From: an uncultured Chitinophagaceae bacterium
GTDB lineage: Bacteria > Bacteroidota > Bacteroidia > Chitinophagales > CAIOSU01
Length of the DNA: 64,000 nt
Direction of reading: 5' to 3'
Assembly: GCA_964543705.1 (NCBI GenBank)
Contig: CAZIZP010000006.1
Coordinates: 16-64,015, forward strand
Each line of letters opens with the position of its first letter. Position 1 is the stretch's first letter. The notes under the pieces were generated by a model, which ran no database searches, was not told the origin of the DNA, and saw only the letters and a list, made by a program, of their open reading frames with translations. This document shows positions 19,582 to 27,326 of this stretch, one piece after another. Position numbers and translations under genes: made by a program.

Positions 19582-21636
19582 GTGAATTCCATCAGCACAT
19601 ATCGCCCGGCTGCATTAATTGCATTGGTGTTTAGTATAGGCAGTTTTTTATCGGTAATATTTCAAATACTATATCGCTCGCTTGAAATTGCACCTATACC
19701 TTCGGGTATAGACCACGTAATTTTACAAATTACCATTATTTCTTTTTTAGGCAGCACACTGGCTTTTGCCCATTACTGGCTCGATAATAATAAAAATGAA
19801 GCTCCCTGGGCTATCATAGTAAGAAAAGGTTCGCTGGCAGCGGGCGTGTCATTTATTCTAATTCCCGAATACATTTATATTTTTTACCCCAAGCAACTGG
19901 CTTTTGCAGCTTATACCCAATTGTATTTATTTCTTCAGGTTTTCATTTTACAGTTATACCTATCGTTGTTTATTTTTCATTTCAGAAAATTTTTGCCTGC
20001 CAATTTAATTGGCTTAAAAAGAATAGTATGGAAAATGTATATGGTGCTTTTGGTTCTGGCAGTGTTCAGCAATTTTACCAAAGATTATGTGCCCTATTTT
20101 TTCAGGGTTTTTCATGTAACACTCGCATTTGTTTTTGCTGTGTATTTAAGCATAAACATGAAGTGGATGGTAGATATTCCTGTTTCTAAAAGACTATCAA
20201 CTATACTATGGTTATTGTTTATCAGCTGTATTCATCTTTTTCTGGTTTATCATTATTACAATGAAGAATCGCACGGATTTTTTAATGTATTAAGCCTGCC
20301 AACCGAATATTATTTATTACTGCTTTTTATTCCGGCAACATTCAGCATAACAGCCCTGTTTGCCAATATATTTTATTTACCACTGGCAAAAGTGGTAGAT
20401 AGAAAAGAAAATGAAATTCGCAGCCTTACTCAAATGAGTAAGTTTATTCAAAAGAAAGAAAACTTAGATGGTGTTTTTAATTTTCTGCTGAATAATTGTG
20501 TAAACGATACTGAAGCCAATGCCGGTTGGATTTTACTGCAAGACAACGAACAAAAAGAAACCCTGAAAAGCAAAAATATTAATATAGACCGTGCTATGGC
20601 TATCAGCCAGGCTTTTCTTTCAGACTATGCAGAACAATTAAGACTGTTGCAATATGTAAGCATTTTAAATACTGAAAATGCCAAGCCTGAAATTAAAAAT
20701 ATAGGCAACTATAAATCGTTGCTGGTATGTAATATAGAACTGCACAAAGGCGAATCGGGTAAATTGTTTTTGATAAACGAAGAAGAAGAAAGTTTTGACG
20801 ACCAAAGTATAGAAATGGTGCGCTCTTATATAGACCAGGCACGTATTGCTTATGAAAATCAGCGGCTGTTTTCAGAAAGTGTAAAATCGGAAAGTGTGAA
20901 GCGTGAACTGGAAGTGGCTTCGCAAATACATAAAAGCCTGTTGCCTGCAAAATTTCCGCAATACAGCAGTTATGAAATAGTTGCCCACATGGAAACCTCT
21001 AAAGAACTGGGTGGCGATTTTTACGACTTTTTTCATTTAGATGAAAACCGGCTGGCATTAATTATAGGCGATGTATCGGGTAAAGGAATGCCGGCTGCCC
21101 TGTATATGGCCGAAATAAAAGGTATTTTCAACTCGCTGGCACAATTTGATTTATCGCCCGAAGAAATAATTTTAAAAGCCAACGAAACGATTTCTAAATG
21201 CTTTGATAAAAGCCATTTTGTTACCCTTATCTATTTGGTAATAGATGTTAAGCATCGTAAGTTTTATTACCTGCGCTGTGGCCACTGCCCTATTCTTTAT
21301 TACGATTTTACAGTAAATAAAACCGATTACTTTAACGATTCGGGAATTGGCCTAGGCATTATCAGAAGTTCGCAGTATAGCAATCATATTCGCTTATATG
21401 AGCGCGAGTTTCATACTAATGATTTACTTGTACTTTATACCGATGGTTTAATAGAAGCAACCGATAAAAAAACTAAAAAAAGTTTCGGTTTAAAAGAGCT
21501 GAAACTGGCCTTGGAAACAGCACGTAAGTTAAATGCCGAAGAAGCACTGAAAGATGTTTTAAACGAATTTAAAATTACTATCAGCATTCAGGAAAACCCC
21601 GATGATTTAGCGCTGATAGTAATTAAATTCTTGTAA
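19582..21636 (+). CDS. Multi-pass membrane protein with C-terminal PP2C/SpoIIE-type Ser/Thr phosphatase domain
   Basis: 684 aa. About 8 hydrophobic helices in the N-terminal half. C-terminal GGDFYDFF...IGDVSGKGMPAALYMA...LYTDGLIEA is SpoIIE/RsbU-like. GTG start. A TATTTTTG box about 6 nt upstream leaves the start or leader uncertain. Confidence 0.8.
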   Translation: MNSISTYRPAALIALVFSIGSFLSVIFQILYRSLEIAPIPSGIDHVILQITIISFLGSTLAFAHYWLDNNKNEAPWAIIVRKGSLAAGVSFILIPEYIYIFYPKQLAFAAYTQLYLFLQVFILQLYLSLFIFHFRKFLPANLIGLKRIVWKMYMVLLVLAVFSNFTKDYVPYFFRVFHVTLAFVFAVYLSINMKWMVDIPVSKRLSTILWLLFISCIHLFLVYHYYNEESHGFFNVLSLPTEYYLLLLFIPATFSITALFANIFYLPLAKVVDRKENEIRSLTQMSKFIQKKENLDGVFNFLLNNCVNDTEANAGWILLQDNEQKETLKSKNINIDRAMAISQAFLSDYAEQLRLLQYVSILNTENAKPEIKNIGNYKSLLVCNIELHKGESGKLFLINEEEESFDDQSIEMVRSYIDQARIAYENQRLFSESVKSESVKRELEVASQIHKSLLPAKFPQYSSYEIVAHMETSKELGGDFYDFFHLDENRLALIIGDVSGKGMPAALYMAEIKGIFNSLAQFDLSPEEIILKANETISKCFDKSHFVTLIYLVIDVKHRKFYYLRCGHCPILYYDFTVNKTDYFNDSGIGLGIIRSSQYSNHIRLYEREFHTNDLLVLYTDGLIEATDKKTKKSFGLKELKLALETARKLNAEEALKDVLNEFKITISIQENPDDLALIVIKFL

Positions 21637-21649
21637 GCTGTTACTGCAT

Positions 21650-24619
21650 TTATCTTAACAAGGTTACGCTTCCTGTTAAAGTTTGAATATTCAGGTCGGT
21701 GGTAACAAACTTTAAATAATATACATACACGCCCTGTTCCTGTTCTTTACCTTTAAAGGTGCCATCCCAAATTTGTGTTGGGTCTTTCGTTTCAAATACT
21801 TTTTGTCCCCAACGATTGTGTATGGTTAAATAAAACTCTTTAAACGAGCCACCATAAATCTGAAACAAATCGTTTTCGCCATCGCCATTGGGCGAAAAAG
21901 CATTTGGAATAAACACCGGTACTTCAGGGCTGGTGTTTATAGTTACTGAATCTTGCGCTTCACAGCCAAATTCATTGGTATAAACAAGCGTTACTATTGT
22001 GGTATCGTCAACTCTTACTGTAGGGCTTTCGCAATCTGTACAACTTAAAACATCTTCAGGCTGCCACGAATAGCTTACATTACCGCTTGCCGCTGGGCTA
22101 ATTACTGGTGTAATTTGAATACCGCTTCCACGGTTTACTGTGGTATCATTGCCTAAATCTACAGTTGAAGGCGAGCCATAAACAATATTTACGGTATCGC
22201 TTGCCAAACAGCCATTGGCATCGGTAACTACTACTACATAACTGCCTGAAGTATCAGCAGAAAGTGTTTGTGTGGTATCGCCTGTATTCCATTGATAACT
22301 TACAAAACTGCTTCCTGCATCTAGGGTAACTAAGATGTCTTCGCAAACAATAATATCGTTACCAAGATTTACCGGTGTAGCGGCAATTTCATTTACCGTA
22401 AATGTAGCTGTTCCGGTGCAAGTGGCATCAGCAGCTGTTACACTGTAAGTGCCCGCTTGTGTTACAGTAATAGAATCATTGGTGCTGTTATCACTCCAGG
22501 TATAAGTAGTGCCTCCTGTAGCGGTAAGTACTGTGCTTGTGCCGCTACAAAAATCTGCATTACCATCTATAGTTACTACAAGGCTCGAAGTTTCGGTAAC
22601 TACTGCAGAAGCTGTTCCGATGCATCCGTTGGCATCGGTAGCCGTAACATCATAGCTGCCCTGTGTAACAGTTATAGCGGCCGTTGCATCGCCTGTATTC
22701 CACAAATAAGTATCGCCACCACTTGCAGTTAAGGTAGTGTTGCCGCCTATGCAGTAATTCAACAAACCATTAATGCTAATTACAGGCAGTGCATTTTCGA
22801 TAACTGTAGCATCGGCTGTGGCTGTGCAGCCATTGGCATCTGTTCCGGTTACGGTGTAGTTGCCTTGTGTAACCGTAACAGCAGCAGTTGCATCGCTGGT
22901 ACTCCACAAATAACTGTTGCCTCCGCTTGCGGTAAGGGTGGTATTGCTTCCTGCGCAATAACTCAAGGTGCCATTAATTGCAATAGCAGGGGCAGCACTT
23001 TCTGTTACACTGGCAGAAGCTGTTCCGGTGCAGCCGTTGGCATCGGTAGCGGTAACGGTGTAGTTGCCCTGTGTAACGGTAATGGCAGCCGTAGTGCTGT
23101 TGCCGGTATCGTTCCATACATAGCTGTTACCCCCGCTTGCAGTAAGCGTGGTGTTACCGCCCGGGCAGTAACTTAAATTTCCTGCAATATTCACGGTTAA
23201 GCTGGTAAGTTCTGTTACGGTTGCGGTTGCCGTGTCGGCACAACCGTTGGCAGCAGTAACCAATACCACATAACCACCTTGTGTAACGGTTACGCTGGCT
23301 GTATTGCCAATATTATTTCCGCCTAAATCGAACCAGGCATAGTTGCCCCCGCCACTGGCAGTAAGGGTAGTGTTGCTTCCGGTGCAATAGGTTAAATTGC
23401 CGCTGATAGCAGCAGTAGGCGCGGTAAGTTGTGCATCGTTGCTGAAAGCGTTGCTTGTGCCCGAATCGCAGTTGCCATCGCTGGCAATAACGGTATAGTT
23501 GGTTCCGGGTGTAGTGCCGCTGATTACCCCCCCTGCACCTGCTGTGGGGCCTGCGGGCGAAAAAATATAAGTAAGCGATGCATTATAATTGGTAATAGTG
23601 CTGCTGCCTGCTGCTGTGCAGCTTGCCGCAACAGTAGTAATGGTAGGTATTGCCGGAGGGGCAGTTTGCGCTGCATTGCTGAAAGCAGCACTTGCCGGAG
23701 AATCGCAACCATTTTCTCTTGCAATAACGGTATAGCTGGTTCCGGTAGTCATGCCGTTTATAGCACCACCTGCGGCTACTGTAGGCCCTGCGGGCGTAAA
23801 CACATAAGTTACGTTTGCATTGTAATTGCTAATAGCACTGCTGCCTGCTGCTGTGCATGTGGGTGGGGTTGATCCTATGGTTGGGGTAGGCGGTAAAACC
23901 ACCGGACCACCATAAGTAATTAAAATGCCCCCTGCAGCGCCACGGCCACCATTGCTATCGCCACCGCCTGCACCGCCACCACCATATACCGCACCGGGAT
24001 TATTAGTACTGGCACCACCTGCACCGCCATTAGGCCCTGCCGCTGAACCACCGGCACCGCCACTGCCCCCGCTGCCATTGTTTCCAGCCCCACCGGTTGT
24101 ATTGGTAGTGCCGCCACTTGCAGTTCCACCGGCACCACCTGAACCGGTGCCTCCACACGACTCCCCTTCTCTTCCTCTTTGTCCGCCATTCGCTACTAAA
24201 TTGATAGGATTACCTCCTGAATCTGTACCTGTAAACGTAGTGTTTCCTCCGTTAGAACCCGGGTCGCCATCGCTTAAATCTGAACCGTTTCCGCCACCAC
24301 AACCCCCTGAACCAATGGTGTAAGTAAAAGTAGCTCCGGGCGTAACAGGAAAAGTTCTGGTAGCAAAGCCACCGGCACCGCCACCGCCACCACCTCTGGT
24401 GTTACAAATACCACCACCACTACCACCGCCACCACCACCGGCACCACCGCCACCGCCATATACTTCAACAGTAATAGAAGTTACACCACAGGGTACCGTC
24501 CAAGTGCCCGATGCGGCTGCGGCATTACAGTTGGCAGCACCGTTTAAGGTTTCATCTTGTGCGGTGGCATTAAAAAAACTGAATAATACAAATAGCAGAA
24601 TAGTAATAAGTGCTTTCAT
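21650..24619 (-). CDS. T9SS type B (CHU_C / gliding-motility-associated C-terminal domain) surface protein with N-terminal glycine-rich domain and Ig-like repeats
   Basis: 989 aa. Signal peptide MKALITILLFVLFSFFNATAQ. GTWTVPCGVTSITVEVYGGGGGAGGGG...GILITYG glycine-rich domain. 2 x about 85-aa and 6 x about 70-aa repeats (LTASGGNSY.W...ITVTQGNYTVTATDANGC). C-terminal IPNAFSPNGDGENDLF...NRWGQKVF...WDGTFKG...GVYVYY is a type B sorting domain. Confidence 0.9.
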   Translation of the reverse strand: MKALITILLFVLFSFFNATAQDETLNGAANCNAAAASGTWTVPCGVTSITVEVYGGGGGAGGGGGGSGGGICNTRGGGGGGAGGFATRTFPVTPGATFTYTIGSGGCGGGNGSDLSDGDPGSNGGNTTFTGTDSGGNPINLVANGGQRGREGESCGGTGSGGAGGTASGGTTNTTGGAGNNGSGGSGGAGGSAAGPNGGAGGASTNNPGAVYGGGGAGGGDSNGGRGAAGGILITYGGPVVLPPTPTIGSTPPTCTAAGSSAISNYNANVTYVFTPAGPTVAAGGAINGMTTGTSYTVIARENGCDSPASAAFSNAAQTAPPAIPTITTVAASCTAAGSSTITNYNASLTYIFSPAGPTAGAGGVISGTTPGTNYTVIASDGNCDSGTSNAFSNDAQLTAPTAAISGNLTYCTGSNTTLTASGGGNYAWFDLGGNNIGNTASVTVTQGGYVVLVTAANGCADTATATVTELTSLTVNIAGNLSYCPGGNTTLTASGGNSYVWNDTGNSTTAAITVTQGNYTVTATDANGCTGTASASVTESAAPAIAINGTLSYCAGSNTTLTASGGNSYLWSTSDATAAVTVTQGNYTVTGTDANGCTATADATVIENALPVISINGLLNYCIGGNTTLTASGGDTYLWNTGDATAAITVTQGSYDVTATDANGCIGTASAVVTETSSLVVTIDGNADFCSGTSTVLTATGGTTYTWSDNSTNDSITVTQAGTYSVTAADATCTGTATFTVNEIAATPVNLGNDIIVCEDILVTLDAGSSFVSYQWNTGDTTQTLSADTSGSYVVVVTDANGCLASDTVNIVYGSPSTVDLGNDTTVNRGSGIQITPVISPAASGNVSYSWQPEDVLSCTDCESPTVRVDDTTIVTLVYTNEFGCEAQDSVTINTSPEVPVFIPNAFSPNGDGENDLFQIYGGSFKEFYLTIHNRWGQKVFETKDPTQIWDGTFKGKEQEQGVYVYYLKFVTTDLNIQTLTGSVTLLR

Positions 24620-24888
24620 AACTGGGTTTATGGTTGATTATTGCAGCAGTTTTTATTTCAGGATAAAGAATGAAAATTAAAACCTGCTGTTTTTTTACAC
24701 GGCACTAAAAATACTTAATACTAATGAAAATTTCAGCTTAGAGTTTTAATATCCTTTAAACCATAAAGCACCTAACAGGCTTTCTTTAACATGCGCTTAA
24801 CAATATACTGAACCTGATAAATAGCCATAAACTGTTTTTCAGCAAGCTAATAATGGTATTTTTTATTCATTACAGGTAATTGTAATTG

Positions 24889-25075
24889 TTTGGCATTTAG
24901 ATGTTAGCTGTTAGTTTTATGTTTTAAGTTATCAGTTATCAGTTTTTGGTAGAGCCTTTAGCCTTTAGCTATTAGCCTTTAGTTTTCAGGAAAGCCAAGT
25001 CCCCCTTTGAAGGGGGCAGGGGGATGATTTTTGAGTTTTGAATTTCGATTTTTGAATTTGTTTAGGATTTAGCTT
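24889..25075. repeat. Composite heptad-phased low-complexity element (TTWTCAG/TTAGCCT heptads, GC hairpin CCCCCTTTGAAGGGGG, ANTTTTG heptads)
   Basis: Read directly. About 14 in-phase 7-mers lie at 24889-24990. A hairpin lies at about 25001-25016. ATTTTTG AGTTTTG AATTTCG ATTTTTG AATTTGT lies at 25027-25061. The element is homologous in inverted orientation to 49501-49690. Confidence 0.8.
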
Positions 25076-25128
25076 TCCTGTTAAAATACTTCCCGTTATA
25101 GGGCTTTTAGTATGGCAAAAGGTGGCGA

Positions 25129-25156
25129 TTTGTTAAAAATGAAATAAGTATATTTT
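25129..25156 (+). promoter_or_regulatory. Promoter-like TTTG-N16-TATATTTT inside the conserved leader, pointing into 42-bp array A
   Basis: Resembles the Bacteroidota -33 TTTG / -7 TAnnTTTG, with the last base T not G and the spacer shorter than the reported optimum. The same motif, spacing and downstream ATG (19 nt) recur at locus B. Confidence 0.35.
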
Positions 25157-25187
25157 AAGTAAGACTTACAGAACCATGCTATCGCTA

Positions 25188-25302
25188 CTCCAACTTTGGA
25201 TATGCCCTTCCAGACGTCTGAAACCCCGACTCCAACTTTGGATATGCTCTTCCAGAGGTCTGAACCCCCGACTCCAATTTTGGATATGCTCTTCCACGAG
25301 TG
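25188..25302. repeat. 42-bp tandem array A (about 2.7 copies), reverse complement of array B
   Basis: Units CTCCAACTTTGGATATGCYCTTCCAGACGTCTGAAACCCCGA. The conserved leader at 25078-25187 is about 90 percent identical by eye to the reverse complement of 47846-47952. Confidence 0.9.
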
Positions 25303-25615
25303 TGAAACTGCATTACGAATTATTAGATAAGTGAAACACGAAAAAGGAAAGGCACCGGCAACAAGCGTATTGGCCCTAAATGCTACATACTTTGCTATGG
25401 TATGTTTTTTTAACATAACTACTTGCTGAAAAGAGGCTATGGAAAAAATTGCATTTCAAATATAACAATTAAAACTATGTAAAAAGAAAATTTTTGCGCT
25501 GAAGCTAACCTGGTGGCGATTGCCGGGCTGTATGTATTCCATGCTGCAAAGGTGCAATTGGCATGGCTACTCGCATAATGAAATTATGAACTATAAAAGG
25601 AGGATAGTATTTTCA

Positions 25616-26267
25616 CAGTCTGCCGTTATGGGCAAGGCTAAAAACCCAGAGACAAAATCAAAACATCAGACAAAGTATTAATGACTGACAGAATTTTCAT
25701 AGAAGACCAGGATTTAGTTGAAAGAATGCTAAATAGATTAACACCTCTAAACGAAAGTTCAGGATGGCAGTGTGAACTTTTTATCGACAAAACGACCAAT
25801 CAAAAATGGGAAAAATATCTTTTTGAATTGTTTGACACTGATGATGATGGAATAGGATTAAGACGTTATCCATATCCTTCAACCAAAGAAATAATTAGAA
25901 TCGCTTTGACTTCAAAATATTTTGATGAAATAGACGGAGCTTGTGGTTTGCTGCTTGATATGGAATTTGACAAAATTGAGTTTAGAGATATGCTACTCTC
26001 TGAAATTGAAAAAATTATAAATGACATTAATGAAGACCGATTTGAAATTATATACAACAGAGCAGAATTGTATGACACATTAAACAAGAGAGAGATATTA
26101 GGAAAACATTATAAAGAAATCGAAAAAGACGCAGAATATTTCAAAGAATTAATGACTAAAGCTGAGAAACTAAGACAGAGAATTAAACAAAACGAGAAAA
26201 ACTAATAGAAAACAATGACCTTGAAGACAGAAAGAAAACAAAGCCCAGCCCATAACAGCCGTAACTG
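25616..26267. repeat. Imperfect about 24-26 bp inverted repeats bracketing the 174-aa ORF (cassette-like unit)
   Basis: The left arm is CAGTCTGCCGTTATGGGCAAGGCT (25616-25639). The reverse complement of the right arm is CAGTTACGGCTGTTATGGGCTGGGCT (26242-26267). The core is GCYGTTATGGGC..GGCT. The interior is AT-rich. Confidence 0.5.
25681..26205 (+). CDS. Hypothetical cytoplasmic acidic protein (possibly immunity-protein-like; unassigned)
   Basis: 174 aa with no signal peptide. A sampled line gives about 28 percent G+C versus about 42 percent in pckA. No motif recognised. Confidence 0.55.
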   Translation: MTDRIFIEDQDLVERMLNRLTPLNESSGWQCELFIDKTTNQKWEKYLFELFDTDDDGIGLRRYPYPSTKEIIRIALTSKYFDEIDGACGLLLDMEFDKIEFRDMLLSEIEKIINDINEDRFEIIYNRAELYDTLNKREILGKHYKEIEKDAEYFKELMTKAEKLRQRIKQNEKN

Positions 26268-26366
26268 TTGCACAACTCTCTAAAAGAAGAGAATGGAGAT
26301 AAAAACGGCTTCATTAAAAGCATTTTTAGCGCAGTTGTAATGTAAGCTACCCTAAAGCTAAGTTTA

Positions 26367-27296
26367 CTAATTCAAATACCTTGGCGATTTCAGGAAGGTA
26401 GATTTGGGTTTTATGCCGCCAAATCTTCCTATTAAGGTAAGCTCGTGAGAGCCGCTTTGGTTGGTGCTTAACTCGCCAAAGTCGAAATCGTAAGAGTAGC
26501 TCACCATGAATTTCCCGAAGTGAACGCCTAATAACATACCTACATCATCGGTAGTTCTGTAAAACGTACCTACGGTTACCCGCTTATTGAAGGTAGCATT
26601 AATGGCAATATCGGCCTGGGTAATAAAGGCACTGCTTCTAACAAAAACGGCAGGCTGCAACATGGTTTTTTCGCTTACATTCCAGTTGTATTTAGCATAG
26701 CCAAAGTAGTGGCGCGGCACTCTGAAAACGGTTGCTTTTTTCAGCGATTGGTCCAGGTGGGTAATAGAGGCCCCTAATACCAAACCTTTACCCGAAAATT
26801 CGAGCCCTAAACCCACATCGGGCTTCATATTATTTTCAAAAGCATTCAAAGCACTCTGGTCGCCACCATCCTGAAAAATTAAATCGTTGCCTCTCACCGC
26901 ACGGTTCAGTATGCCTAAGCTAATACCACCCGAAAGGTACACATCATCGCCCACGCGCTGGCGGTAGGCATAAGATAAACGGGCAGCTACCGAGCGCTCG
27001 TTGCCCAGGCGGTCGTTTACCAATACCATACCTATACCGCCTTTAATTTTAGGTATATAGCCATAGGCATTGAGCAATTGGGTAGAAGGCGCACCTTTAA
27101 AGCCAATCCACTGCTGGCGGGCCAGCAAGCCCACGTTAATGGTTTTGGTATTGCCTGCGTTGGCAGGGTTATAAACATGTTCGTGATACATGAAATGATT
27201 AATCATGGGGTCGTTTTGTGCTACGGTGGCAGTAGCAGCCATTACAACGGTGGTAATTGATAAAATCAGTTTTTTCAATGGGCTTAGGTTTATCAT
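26367..27296 (-). CDS. Type IX secretion system membrane protein PorP/SprF family
   Basis: 309 aa. Signal peptide then QNDPMINHFMYHEHVYNPANAG...ARQQWIGFKGAPSTQ, the hallmark N-terminal PorP/SprF motif. It is the last gene of a type-B adhesin operon. Confidence 0.88.
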   Translation of the reverse strand: MINLSPLKKLILSITTVVMAATATVAQNDPMINHFMYHEHVYNPANAGNTKTINVGLLARQQWIGFKGAPSTQLLNAYGYIPKIKGGIGMVLVNDRLGNERSVAARLSYAYRQRVGDDVYLSGGISLGILNRAVRGNDLIFQDGGDQSALNAFENNMKPDVGLGLEFSGKGLVLGASITHLDQSLKKATVFRVPRHYFGYAKYNWNVSEKTMLQPAVFVRSSAFITQADIAINATFNKRVTVGTFYRTTDDVGMLLGVHFGKFMVSYSYDFDFGELSTNQSGSHELTLIGRFGGIKPKSTFLKSPRYLN

Positions 27297-27326
27297 TGTA
27301 TCGTTATTTAAGCTTTTCGTTAGTTA

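Noticed and set aside
23920-24680. Pro-rich and Val/Ala-rich ORFs (23925..24323 +, 24399..24680 +, 23920..24189 -, 24274..24468 -) overlapping the Gly-rich domain.
   Set aside because: These are shadow frames of GGN-rich coding sequence: antisense NCC gives Pro runs, and the shifted sense frames give Val/Ala runs. The 989-aa minus-strand frame has a signal peptide, domain repeats and a sorting tail.
25096-25416. 106-aa minus-strand ORF across array A and its leader.
   Set aside because: It is open for the same repeat-driven reason, it runs antisense to the conserved promoter-like box and ATG, and it has no counterpart with the same ends at locus B.
25440-25615. GC-richer patch (TGCGCTGAAGCTAACCTGGTGGCGATTGCCGGGCTG...) that could be a gene remnant or small hydrophobic peptide.
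   Set aside because: There is no start codon in frame, no recognisable homology by eye, and the patch is too short to support a pseudogene call.
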